Of a DNA stretch of 32,000 bases, positions 7,523-16,320 are shown in pieces. A model generated the notes under the pieces. That model searched no databases. It was not told the DNA's origin and saw nothing but the letters and a program-made list of their open reading frames with translations. This DNA comes from Megasphaera elsdenii DSM 20460 (GTDB lineage Bacteria > Bacillota > Negativicutes > Veillonellales > Megasphaeraceae). The position numbers and the translations under genes are program-made. The stretch spans positions 180,001 through 212,000 of the forward strand of contig NZ_CP027570.1 of assembly GCF_003010495.1 (NCBI RefSeq). Reading direction: 5' to 3'. Position 1 is the first letter of the stretch. Each line of letters opens with the position of its first letter.

Positions 7523-8668
7523 TCAGCTGACGGCGCGGATGAGGTTGAAGACCTGCTGAGCCGTGTTAGTCATATTGCGCAGCGCCGTTTCTTTGTTCAT
7601 GGCTTCTTCCAGCGGCATGGCTTTATCGACGATAGAAAAGAAGGCGTCGATGCCCTGCTGATTACATTCGGCGGCATCGGCCGTCGTGCAGCCGGCCAGG
7701 GCGATGACTTTGGCACCGTACTGCTTAGCCAGCTTGGCTACGCCGATAGGAGCCTTGCCCATGGCCGTCTGGGCGTCGAGTCGGCCTTCACCGGTGATGA
7801 CGTAATCGGCATCTTTAACGGCCTCTGCCAGACGGATGGAATCGAGGACGATCTGGATGCCTGAACGCAGCCGGCCATGCAGGTAGGCCAGGAAAGCGAA
7901 TCCCATACCGCCAGCTGCACCGGCACCGGCTGTCTGACTGAAGTCATGACCGGTATACGTCCGGGTGACGGCGGCAAAAGACCGGCTGGCATCGTCCAAG
8001 ACTTTGACATCCTGCGGCGACGCGCCTTTCTGGGGCCCGAAGATATAGGCAGCACCCCAATTCCCGAATAACGGATTGGTCACATCGCAGGCAACATCGA
8101 AGGTGCAGTCTTTCAGGGCCGGCAGGACCTGGGAATCATCGACAGAAGCGATGCGCCCTACTTCCTGCCCGCCTAAACCAATGGGCTTGCCTTGAGCATC
8201 GCGGAAAATATACCCCAGAGCCTGGAGCATGCCGACGCCGCAGTCACTGGTCGAGCTGCCGCCCAGGCCGATGATGAAATGGCGGATACCCGCTTCTATA
8301 GCCTGCGCCATGACCTGGCCGACGCCATATGTCGTCGTATGCAGGGGATTGCGCTGTTCGGATGGAACCAGTCCCAATCCGGCAGCCCCAGCCATTTCAA
8401 TGACGGCCGCTTCCATCCCCGGCAGATAGCCATAAGGACAGGAAACGGCTTCACCTAAAGGGCCCTGGACGCCGACATAGCGGAGCTCACCATCCAGCCC
8501 ATCGACGAGGGCCTCGACCGTCCCTTCCCCACCGTCGGCCAAGGGTTTGACAATGACCTGGACAGGATGGCCACCATAGGCCTTGCGGACGCCGGCTTCG
8601 ATGGCCCGGCCGGCTTCGACGGAAGTCAGGCTATTTTTCAAGGAATCAATGGCTACAACGACTTTCAT
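7523..8668 (-). CDS. glxK: Glycerate kinase
   Basis: ORF 7523..8731. I prefer ATG 8668 (MKVVVAIDSLKNSL), preceded by an AGAGGAGAG RBS. ADGGEGT and GEGRLD motifs of the GlxK/GarK family. Confidence 0.85.
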   Translation of the reverse strand: MKVVVAIDSLKNSLTSVEAGRAIEAGVRKAYGGHPVQVIVKPLADGGEGTVEALVDGLDGELRYVGVQGPLGEAVSCPYGYLPGMEAAVIEMAGAAGLGLVPSEQRNPLHTTTYGVGQVMAQAIEAGIRHFIIGLGGSSTSDCGVGMLQALGYIFRDAQGKPIGLGGQEVGRIASVDDSQVLPALKDCTFDVACDVTNPLFGNWGAAYIFGPQKGASPQDVKVLDDASRSFAAVTRTYTGHDFSQTAGAGAAGGMGFAFLAYLHGRLRSGIQIVLDSIRLAEAVKDADYVITGEGRLDAQTAMGKAPIGVAKLAKQYGAKVIALAGCTTADAAECNQQGIDAFFSIVDKAMPLEEAMNKETALRNMTNTAQQVFNLIRAVS

Positions 8669-8781
8669 GATAATCTCTCCTCTATTTGCGAACTCATAAA
8701 GCTGTGTTTCTCTATGCCTATAGTGTAGCAAAAGAGGCCTTCTCTTCCTATGTCATAAAACACAATAAATCATCATTATTT

Positions 8782-9858
8782 TTATTTCATAAACCAAGGA
8801 AGGGTGGCAATATATAGGGATACGGCATCGCAAAATATCCTCGGATCGAGGCCGGTCTTCCCGGCAATCCGCTTCAGCCGGTATTGCAGCGTATTCTTAT
8901 GGATGCAGAGGATCCGGGCTGTTTCCTGGATGGACAAGTTCTGCTGATAATAGATTTGGAGCAAATGGATGTCACTGTCCGTCAAATGCTGGCAAATATC
9001 CCGGCAGTAACGGCGGCGCACGGCCCCGTCCAGACTTTGCAGTAAAAAGGCCAATTTCATATCATCCGCATGGACGCAGAAGACCTGCCGGTCTGCCGCT
9101 GCCTGTAAGGCCATTTTGGCAAAACGGTACGATTCATGGATGCGGTAGAATGGCTCTTCTGTCCCGATTCCTGCCGAGATTCCCGGATAGAACCATTCTT
9201 TCCAGCGGGGCAGTTTCCTGGCCCAGTCCGGATAGACCTGGCAGGGGACGAGGATGACAAAGGTATCGGGGTAGATATACGTATATAAGGTCATCCCCAG
9301 CTTTTGACAGGTTTCAGACAGCTGCTGACGGAAATCCCCGGCCTGGCGGGTTCCCTCATGCCATCGGAAAACGGCGGCAACATACTGGCAGCCTGCCAAT
9401 TCCGGCTGTTCTTCGGCCAGCTGCTGCACCGTGTCTTCATCGTGATAGATCAAGGCCATGACCTGACGGCTGCGATGTTCTTCTTCACTGAACGCCTCCT
9501 GGCTCAAGCGATATTCCTTGAGGAAGACTTCACAGATTTTCGTCAGTAAGAAACCGTATTGGCCGACGACAGCCGGTTCCCCGGTAATCCCGACAACCCC
9601 CAGGACTTGTCGGCCCATGACGATGGGATAATTGACGCCTTGGCTGACACCGTCTTCAGGGCAATCTTCCTGTATGGTCTGGACCTGCCCCGTCCGGGCA
9701 GCGACATGGCCGGCCTTATGGTAGGTGCCAATACGGCCGCTATCAGTACTGGCCATGATACGTCCATGACGATCGATGAAATTGACGTTCCAACCGACGA
9801 CGGCCTTGGCCGAATCGACGATCTGCTGAGCTAATTCATCGGTGATGCGTACCTTCAC
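8782..9858 (-). CDS. cdaR: CdaR/PucR-family sugar-diacid regulator
   Basis: 358 aa. N-terminal diacid-recognition-like domain (MKVRITDELAQQIVD) and C-terminal PucR HTH (ETARILCIHKNTLQYRLKRI). Adjacent to glycerate kinase, as is typical. Confidence 0.8.
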   Translation of the reverse strand: MKVRITDELAQQIVDSAKAVVGWNVNFIDRHGRIMASTDSGRIGTYHKAGHVAARTGQVQTIQEDCPEDGVSQGVNYPIVMGRQVLGVVGITGEPAVVGQYGFLLTKICEVFLKEYRLSQEAFSEEEHRSRQVMALIYHDEDTVQQLAEEQPELAGCQYVAAVFRWHEGTRQAGDFRQQLSETCQKLGMTLYTYIYPDTFVILVPCQVYPDWARKLPRWKEWFYPGISAGIGTEEPFYRIHESYRFAKMALQAAADRQVFCVHADDMKLAFLLQSLDGAVRRRYCRDICQHLTDSDIHLLQIYYQQNLSIQETARILCIHKNTLQYRLKRIAGKTGLDPRIFCDAVSLYIATLPWFMK

Positions 9859-9883
9859 TTAAAATCATCCTCTCTAGTAAGAA

Positions 9884-10663
9884 TCATGATAACGCCACGT
9901 CCAGGGCCATCATCAACGTGAATCCCAGGGCAAAGGACAGGACGCCAATATCGGAGTGTTCGCCAGCCGACATTTCCGGGATGAGTTCTTCGACGACGAC
10001 ATAGCACATGGCTCCGGCTGCCAGGCTGAGGAGGTACGGCAGGATGGGTACGATGAATGCCGTCAGGGCAATGGTCACGGCCGCCCCGAGGGGTTCGACG
10101 ATGCCCGATAAGAGGCCGCCGAGAAAGGCCTTGTGTTTGCCGACACCAGCCGCCTTGAGAGGCATGGAGATGATGGCCCCTTCCGGCAGGTTCTGCAAGG
10201 CGATGCCCAAGGACAAGGCAAAGGCCCCGGCCGCACTGATTCCCGTCTGACCGGCCAGGAGTCCGGCATAGACTACACCGACGGCCATGCCTTCGGGGAT
10301 ATTATGCAGCGTCACGGCCAGGACGAGCATCGTCGTCCGCTGCAAATGGCTGTGCGGCCCTTCGGCCTTCTCACTGTACATGTGCAGATGCGGCACCAGC
10401 CGGTCCAGGGCCAGGAGCAGGAAGATGCCCAGCCAGAACCCGACCACAGCCGGCACGAAGGCGAATTTCCCTAACGGCGCCGATTCTTCCATAGCCGGAA
10501 TCAAGAGGCTCCAAATGGACGCGGCAATCATGACGCCCGACGCAAACCCCGTCAGCCCCCGCTGGACCTGGCGGTCCAATTCCTGTTTCATAGCATAGAC
10601 ACAGGCCGCCCCTAGTGACGTCCCAACAAAGGGGATGAGGATCCCCATGACAGCATTTTCCAT
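9884..10663 (-). CDS. zupT: ZIP-family divalent metal transporter
   Basis: 259 aa and polytopic. HNIPEGMAVG and QNLPEGAI motifs. GGGAGGG RBS. Confidence 0.8.
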   Translation of the reverse strand: MENAVMGILIPFVGTSLGAACVYAMKQELDRQVQRGLTGFASGVMIAASIWSLLIPAMEESAPLGKFAFVPAVVGFWLGIFLLLALDRLVPHLHMYSEKAEGPHSHLQRTTMLVLAVTLHNIPEGMAVGVVYAGLLAGQTGISAAGAFALSLGIALQNLPEGAIISMPLKAAGVGKHKAFLGGLLSGIVEPLGAAVTIALTAFIVPILPYLLSLAAGAMCYVVVEELIPEMSAGEHSDIGVLSFALGFTLMMALDVALS

Positions 10664-10712
10664 AATAACTTTCCCTCCCTGTATCTCATTTGATTATATT
10701 TGATACTCAATA

Positions 10713-10727
10713 TCGTAATAATTTCAT
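10713..10727. promoter_or_regulatory. Zur-box-like operator overlapping an extended -10 (TGTATAAT) of the ZIP gene
   Basis: TCGTAATAATTTCAT versus the Firmicute Zur consensus TCGTAATNATTACGA: perfect left half, 4/7 right half. The minus-strand TGTATAAT lies at 10726..10733. Confidence 0.35.
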
Positions 10728-10739
10728 TATACACGAAAA

Positions 10740-10771
10740 GAGGCCGTCGTACAAAGACAGCCTCTTTTTTT
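10740..10771. terminator. Bidirectional terminator hairpin downstream of brnQ
   Basis: GAGGCCGTC-gtacaaa-GACAGCCTC, with T7 on the plus strand and T4 on the minus strand. Confidence 0.6.
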
Positions 10772-10794
10772 CTACAAACGATGAACGCTTTAAG

Positions 10795-12126
10795 TTACAA
10801 ACTTTCTTCCAGCGCACTTTCGCCACTGATTTTCCCGGGCAGGACCAGGGACAGGACCAGGCAGACCAGGGACGGTACGAGCCAGCCCAGGCCGCTGTCG
10901 CCTAAGGGCAGGCCCTGGATGAGGACAGCGGCTCCGTCGAGATGGAAGAACTGGGCGGCAATGTCGATGGCCGATACGATGCCGGCAGCGGCGACGGTGC
11001 AGCGCATGCCCAGTTTCGACAGGCTGACGAATTTATTGACAATGGTCAGCATGACGACGACAATGGCCATGGGATAGACGAACAGCAAAAGGGGCAGCGT
11101 GACCTGGATGATCTGGTTCAAGCCGAGATTGGCCAGGAGCAGGCTGACGACGCTGATGACGGTGACGTATTTCTTATACGACAGGACCGGAAATTCTTCG
11201 GCGAAGAACGTCGAAACAGCGGCGATGAGGCCGACTGTCGTCGTAAAGCAGGTCAGCGTGACCATGACGGCCAGGAAGGCCATGCCGACAGTCCCGAAAA
11301 TCTGGAACGACGTCTGAGACAAGACATAGGCGCCGAGATTGATTGTAGCATCTTCATAGACCGACTGGGGGATGGGAAAATGATTGCCCAGCAGGGCCAG
11401 GCCCAGATAAAGTCCGCCCATGAGGACGGCTACGGCAGCCCCGGCCATCCAGACACTGGCGATATGTTCCTTTTCTGAGGTAAAATGAATCCGCTTCATA
11501 GCCCCCAGGGCGATGATGCAGAAAGCAAAGGACGCCAGCGTATCGACCGTATTATAGCCTTCAATGAAACCGTTGCCGAAGGCCGAAGCAGCATATTTCC
11601 CCATAGGCGCAGCTGTCGACGGCGTCGTATAGGCCACCATGCCGACGATGATGAGCAGGACGATCATGATAGCAAAAATCGGGGTCAATACCTTACCGAC
11701 GCGGTCGAGGAGCTTCGACGGCGTAATCGACAGCCACCAGGCGCAGACGAAATAAAGAGTCGTGAAAATAGCCAGCGGCAGCATGCCGTCGCCGGTAATG
11801 GGCAGGATGCCGATAGAAAAGGACGTCGCCGCCGTCCGCGGGATAGCCATGAGCGGCCCGATGGCCAGATACATGAGCGTCAGGATGATGAGCGAAAAGA
11901 GGTGCGAAATCTTATGATTCATTTCCGCCCGGAAACCGCCGGGGTTGAAGGTCCCCATGATGACGGCGATGACAGGCATGCCGATGCCAGACAAGAGAAA
12001 TCCCAGAATCGCCGGCGTGAACTGCCCTCCCGCCTGGAACCCAAGCGACGGCGGGAAAATCAGGTTCCCGGCCCCGAAAAACATGCCGAACAACAATAGT
12101 CCGACTTGTGCACCATTTTTCAACAT
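10795..12126 (-). CDS. brnQ: Branched-chain amino acid transport system II carrier
   Basis: 443 aa, 12-TM-like. N-terminus GLLLFGMFFGAGNLIFPP is characteristic of the BrnQ/LIVCS family. Confidence 0.9.
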   Translation of the reverse strand: MLKNGAQVGLLLFGMFFGAGNLIFPPSLGFQAGGQFTPAILGFLLSGIGMPVIAVIMGTFNPGGFRAEMNHKISHLFSLIILTLMYLAIGPLMAIPRTAATSFSIGILPITGDGMLPLAIFTTLYFVCAWWLSITPSKLLDRVGKVLTPIFAIMIVLLIIVGMVAYTTPSTAAPMGKYAASAFGNGFIEGYNTVDTLASFAFCIIALGAMKRIHFTSEKEHIASVWMAGAAVAVLMGGLYLGLALLGNHFPIPQSVYEDATINLGAYVLSQTSFQIFGTVGMAFLAVMVTLTCFTTTVGLIAAVSTFFAEEFPVLSYKKYVTVISVVSLLLANLGLNQIIQVTLPLLLFVYPMAIVVVMLTIVNKFVSLSKLGMRCTVAAAGIVSAIDIAAQFFHLDGAAVLIQGLPLGDSGLGWLVPSLVCLVLSLVLPGKISGESALEESL

Positions 12127-12183
12127 AAACAGATAACACTTCCTTTACAATTTTAATTCATACATGTAAATCTTTATTTATAC

Positions 12184-12212
12184 ATTGTAAAGTTTTAAGT
12201 GTCTTCTGTCAA
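12184..12212 (-). promoter_or_regulatory. Near-consensus sigma-70 promoter of brnQ
   Basis: Minus strand TTGACA (12212..12207), 17 nt, TACAAT (12189..12184), about 58 nt upstream of the ATG. Confidence 0.6.
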
Positions 12213-12229
12213 TCCAAAAAGTTAAACGA

Positions 12230-12475
12230 TTATTTTATGATAACTTTGGCCACTGCCTGAGCAACGAGATTTTCCCCATCCGGTTCATCTTGGCTGGCGC
12301 ATGTTGAGGTACATGCAGGGTAAGGCACGGGCGTCAAAGACTGTTTAGACAAGGTCTTCCCTTCTCCTTTGGCCAAAGACAAGGCTGGCATCGAAAACAA
12401 GGCGGCTCCTACGGCAGTGCCGGCAGCCATCTTCAAGAATGTACGTCGCGAAAATGCATGGATGTCTCCTGGCAC
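12230..12475 (-). CDS. Small hypothetical protein with a consensus twin-arginine (Tat) signal peptide
   Basis: 81-aa ORF (GTG start). SRRTFLK matches the S/T-R-R-x-F-L-K consensus exactly. Hydrophobic h-region AAGTAVGAALFSMPALSLA, with a likely cleavage after SLA. The mature part is about 45 aa with 2 Cys. No family recognised. Confidence 0.4.
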   Translation of the reverse strand: MPGDIHAFSRRTFLKMAAGTAVGAALFSMPALSLAKGEGKTLSKQSLTPVPYPACTSTCASQDEPDGENLVAQAVAKVIIK

Positions 12476-12546
12476 TGCCTATGATCGTCCTTTTGGAAAT
12501 GAGCCGCCTCATCATCCGCTATGGCCTGCGCCGATGAGAAAGATCG

Positions 12547-13698
12547 TTACCAGCCTAAAAGTGAAGTGATGGTACCGACCAGCCAGGAAGTCACGGAAAA
12601 ACCAGATTCAATCGGTTCCGCCTTCATATCCACACGTCCTACGGGCTGGCCGTCATAATTGACGATAATATGACCGACGATGCCATCCTGTGTTTCTTTG
12701 GCCGAAACGACCTTAGGCAAATCATACGTCAAGCTGTAATGCGACGCATCTTCGCCATGAATCAAGGGATAACGGATATCCTGGACAGCCTTGACTTCAG
12801 TACGGCACGCCGTGCCGTCTTTGACCCAAATCGTGTGTTTCGTTTTATCCGCTTTTGGCCCTTCGGCAGTCTTTACATGGGAAAAGCCATAATCCAGCAA
12901 CGTTCTGGCATCGGTAAAGCGCCCTCCTTCGGTAGGTGAAGCCATGAGGACGACGAGAAGATCCGTACCATCGCGCTCTGCTTCTGCTGCAAGACAACCG
13001 CCGGATTCGCCAGTCCACCCGGTCTTTACCCCGATGGCCCCCGGATAGGATTCTAATAAGGCATTCGTATTTTCTGCCCGTAAATGCTTGCCTGCCGGAG
13101 ACAGCCAATGGACGTCGGCTGTCTTGCGGGCTACCATATTACGAAACGTTTTGTTTTCCATGGCATAACGGGCTAATATCATCATATCCCGTGCCGTCGA
13201 ATAATGCGTCGGCACAGTGAGCCCATTAGGATTTTCGAAGTGCGTATGCTTCATCCCTAAGACAGCTGCCCGTTCATTCATCCGTTTAGCAAAAGCCGGT
13301 ACACTGCCGTCTACGCGGTCAGCCAGTGCCACAGCCGCTCCGTTATCAGAAACTAAGAGCATACCGCCTACTAATTCATCGCGCGTAAAGACATCGCCTT
13401 GGGAAAATCCAAGAGGACAGTCTTCTGTATTAGCTGCATCGTCCAGAATAGAAATCTGTGTCTCAGGCTGCAGCTTTTCCAAGGCTAATACAGCAGTCAT
13501 CATTTTCGTCATACTCGCCGGATACTTCAAGACATCGGCATCCTTTTCCAGAATTACCCGACCTGTCGATGCCTCAACGAGAATATACGACTGAGCCAGT
13601 ACAGCCGGACTCTCTGCCGCAGCGGTCCCTGAAAATGATATGATACTCAGCAAGCAGAAACACATACTTCCTGCCAGCCATTGCTTTATACTCTCCAT
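12547..13698 (-). CDS. D-alanyl-D-alanine carboxypeptidase (serine peptidase S11, low-MW PBP)
   Basis: ORF track 12547..14016. The real start is ATG 13698 (MESIKQWLAG, AGGAGG 6 nt upstream). Signal peptide, SMTK (SxxK), SDN and KTG motifs, and a C-terminal anchor WLVGTITSLLGW. Confidence 0.85.
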   Translation of the reverse strand: MESIKQWLAGSMCFCLLSIISFSGTAAAESPAVLAQSYILVEASTGRVILEKDADVLKYPASMTKMMTAVLALEKLQPETQISILDDAANTEDCPLGFSQGDVFTRDELVGGMLLVSDNGAAVALADRVDGSVPAFAKRMNERAAVLGMKHTHFENPNGLTVPTHYSTARDMMILARYAMENKTFRNMVARKTADVHWLSPAGKHLRAENTNALLESYPGAIGVKTGWTGESGGCLAAEAERDGTDLLVVLMASPTEGGRFTDARTLLDYGFSHVKTAEGPKADKTKHTIWVKDGTACRTEVKAVQDIRYPLIHGEDASHYSLTYDLPKVVSAKETQDGIVGHIIVNYDGQPVGRVDMKAEPIESGFSVTSWLVGTITSLLGW

Positions 13699-13797
13699 GA
13701 AATACCTCCTAAATTTTCTCTCAAACATCTGCCTCTTTTGTGATATACTGATGAAGTACGTCATTCTGACGAATCCACCTAAAAGAGGCATTGATAT

Positions 13798-14568
13798 ATG
13801 GAAAAGAATTTCGACATTAATCAGCAGGGATACAGCATCCGCTGCAAGCTGCTCATCAATGACAATGATAAACAGACACGCACTTTCGACAACGTCGTCA
13901 TCGTCACCCACGGATTCGGCAGCCACAAAGACACGGCCGGAACCGTCCATTTTGCGGAACACTTGACGAGCAAATACAAGAACTACGCCGTCATCGCCTT
14001 TGACTGGCCCTGCCACGGTGCCGACGCCCGCAAGAAACTGTCCATCCCGGAATGTATGACCTATCTGACACTAGTCGTCGACTATGCCAGGACCGAACTC
14101 CAGGCCCAGAACATCTACAACTATTCGACGAGCTTCGGCGCCTACATCACGCTACGCTACCTCATCGAACAGGGCAATCCCTTCAAAAAAATCGCCCTGC
14201 GCAGCCCTGGCGTCAACATGTATGAAAGCATGAGCAATCACGTTTCCGACGAAGGCTTTGCCAAGCTGAAGAAAGGCAAGGAAATCCAGGTCGGTTTCGA
14301 CCGCAAGATGAAGATCGACCAGGCCTTCATGGATGACCTCAAGCGTTTCGACGTCTGTGACCACGAATATTTCGATTTTGCCGACGACATCCTCATCCTC
14401 CACGGCACGAAGGACGAAATGATTCCTATCGACCTGGTACGGGACTTCGCCGAAAACAACGTCATCGAGTTCGTCCCCGTCGAAGGGGCCAACCATCCCT
14501 TCCAGAACCCGAACCACATGGCCCTGGCCATCCACCAGATCATCGAATTTTTCCATAAAGGAGATTAA
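13798..14568 (+). CDS. Alpha/beta-fold hydrolase
   Basis: 256 aa. VIVTHGFGSH, a nucleophile-elbow-like YSTSFGA, and a late ILHGTKDE..ANH pattern. Candidate TGATATACT extended -10 upstream. Confidence 0.65.
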   Translation: MEKNFDINQQGYSIRCKLLINDNDKQTRTFDNVVIVTHGFGSHKDTAGTVHFAEHLTSKYKNYAVIAFDWPCHGADARKKLSIPECMTYLTLVVDYARTELQAQNIYNYSTSFGAYITLRYLIEQGNPFKKIALRSPGVNMYESMSNHVSDEGFAKLKKGKEIQVGFDRKMKIDQAFMDDLKRFDVCDHEYFDFADDILILHGTKDEMIPIDLVRDFAENNVIEFVPVEGANHPFQNPNHMALAIHQIIEFFHKGD

Positions 14569-14569
14569 A

Positions 14570-15391
14570 ATGACAACGGGAGAGTGTTCCATGGAAAATG
14601 TTTCCCATTACGTCACCCATCACATCGATGAAGCTATCGAAAAAGGCTGGATCCAGCTCTATTTCCAGCCCATCATCCGCAGCCTGTCCCACACGACGTG
14701 CGCCTTTGAAGCCCTGGCCCGCTGGCAGGATCCGGTCCGGGGCCTGCTCACGCCAGGCGATTTCATCCCGGCCCTGGAAGAAAGCCGGCAGATCCATAAA
14801 CTCGATCTGTATATTTTCAAGCTCCTCTGCCAGAACTATCATCCCCGGGCCGACCAGGGACTGCCCATGGTCCCAGTGTCCTTCAACTTGTCCCGGCTGG
14901 ATTTCATCACCTGCGACATCTTCACAGAAATCGAAAAGCTGACCCAGGCCTATCAGATCCCGCCGTCGCAGCTCCGCATCAAAATCACAGAAAGTGTCTT
15001 CATTAAAGACATTGAAACAGTCAACCAGACGCTGAATAAGTTCCGCGCTGCGGGCTACCAGATCTGGATGGACGACTTTGGCAGCGGCTATTCGTCGCTC
15101 AACGTCCTCAAGGACTACGAGTTCGACACCATCAAGCTGGACATGGCCTTCCTGTCGAATTTTACCGACCGTTCTAAGGAAATCGTGAAATCCGTCGTCG
15201 ATATGGCCAAGCACCTGGGCATCCATATCTTGACGGAAGGCGTCGAAACACTGGAACAATACACCTTTCTGCGCAATATCGGCTGCGAAATGCTGCAAGG
15301 CTTCTTATTCAGCAAGCCCCTGCCCTATATCCAGGCCATCGAGTACATCGAAGAGCTGGGCCTGACCCATGAAACGCCGGAAATTACCTAA
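14570..15391 (+). CDS. Stand-alone EAL-domain protein (c-di-GMP phosphodiesterase)
   Basis: 273 aa. FEALARW, SFNLS, KITES, DDFGSGYSSL, IKLD, EGVE and QGFLFSKP: all catalytic signature positions are present. The start lies 1 nt after the hydrolase stop, with an AGGAGA RBS. Confidence 0.85.
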   Translation: MTTGECSMENVSHYVTHHIDEAIEKGWIQLYFQPIIRSLSHTTCAFEALARWQDPVRGLLTPGDFIPALEESRQIHKLDLYIFKLLCQNYHPRADQGLPMVPVSFNLSRLDFITCDIFTEIEKLTQAYQIPPSQLRIKITESVFIKDIETVNQTLNKFRAAGYQIWMDDFGSGYSSLNVLKDYEFDTIKLDMAFLSNFTDRSKEIVKSVVDMAKHLGIHILTEGVETLEQYTFLRNIGCEMLQGFLFSKPLPYIQAIEYIEELGLTHETPEIT

Positions 15392-15516
15392 TCCTTTTGC
15401 CCGAAAGCCAGGGTCACCATTACCTCCATATCGCCAGTTCCTGCCGCGGCGCCGATGCCAAGCGGGTCCAGCGGCTGATTCAGGTCTATAAAGAGTACTT
15501 TGAAAAGAAATAAGCC

Positions 15517-16320
15517 TCAGAATGACCCGCCACCACCGCCGCCATCATCATCGCTATAATCATCCGCACTGTCGAAATCGGGCAGGTCGTCGTCGACGGG
15601 ACGGGCCTTGGCGATATGCTGGACGGTCATGAAGACGAAGGTGTCCCGGCTGTCGGTCAGATGGAAGCTGCCGGCGTCGACATAAGCATCGGCAGCCGCT
15701 TCTTTATGGACATTGCTCATCTTGCCGATGAGATAAGCCCGAAAGGCCACGCCGCAGCCGACAGCCAGGACGAGAGCCACGACCAGGGCCAAGGGGCTGA
15801 AGGCATCGGCCGGATCATAGGCCTTGCCCTTTTCCTGATAATAAGCCAATAATTTCGCCGACGACTGGCCATAGGCTGCAAAGGCTTTGGCATAATGGCC
15901 GTCTTTCAACGGCGGCAGAAAGGCATCCTTGAGATAAGGGATGCCTTTTTTGTTGCTGATTCTCTCCTTCATGGCCTTGTCCGTCGCGACATACCAGTCA
16001 TGGCGGTCCATGGCCAGGAGCAGGACCATATTGCCGTTCTTCCCATCCCGATAGTCCCGGTCCAGGAGCTGCTTGGCATAGGTACCGGCTTTGGTCCCCT
16101 TCGTCGAGGCGACGGTGACCACGGCGATGCGTACATCGTAGCGCTGTTCCACGTCCTGCAAAGCCGCCGATACTTCGGCCTGTTCGGCCGGCGTAAGCAA
16201 ATGGGCCCCGTCGGACAGACTCGGTGCGGCCGCGGCAGCACCAGCCGTCGTCAGGACCACGATGGCCACCACCAGGATTGTCTCTTTCAACCATTTCCAC
16301 ATCGTACTCGCTCCCCTCAT
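15517..16320 (-). CDS. TPM-domain protein (YgcG/YdjH-like) with signal/TM, C-terminal TM and an acidic Gly-rich tail
   Basis: 267 aa. LLTPAEQAEVSAALQDVEQRYDVRIAVVTV is typical of the TPM phosphatase domain. ATGA overlap with the upstream gene (alternative start at 16302). Confidence 0.75.
   Translation of the reverse strand: MRGASTMWKWLKETILVVAIVVLTTAGAAAAAPSLSDGAHLLTPAEQAEVSAALQDVEQRYDVRIAVVTVASTKGTKAGTYAKQLLDRDYRDGKNGNMVLLLAMDRHDWYVATDKAMKERISNKKGIPYLKDAFLPPLKDGHYAKAFAAYGQSSAKLLAYYQEKGKAYDPADAFSPLALVVALVLAVGCGVAFRAYLIGKMSNVHKEAAADAYVDAGSFHLTDSRDTFVFMTVQHIAKARPVDDDLPDFDSADDYSDDDGGGGGGSF

Noticed and set aside
12230-12475. The small Tat ORF as the N-terminus of a molybdopterin oxidoreductase or hydrogenase small subunit.
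   Set aside because: The mature part has only C-x3-C and no CxxCxxxC Fe-S motif. A stop follows after 45 residues, with no continuing frame downstream.
13699-14016. N-terminal 106-codon extension of the carboxypeptidase ORF in the track.
   Set aside because: The extension overlaps the divergent hydrolase gene and its promoter. A strong AGGAGG + ATG at 13698 starts a normal signal peptide.
15397-15513. Coding-looking frame ending ..AKRVQRLIQVYKEYFEKK* in the gap after the EAL gene.
   Set aside because: It has only a TTG start and no RBS, spans 38 codons, and has no recognisable family. It may be a gene remnant, but I cannot support it.
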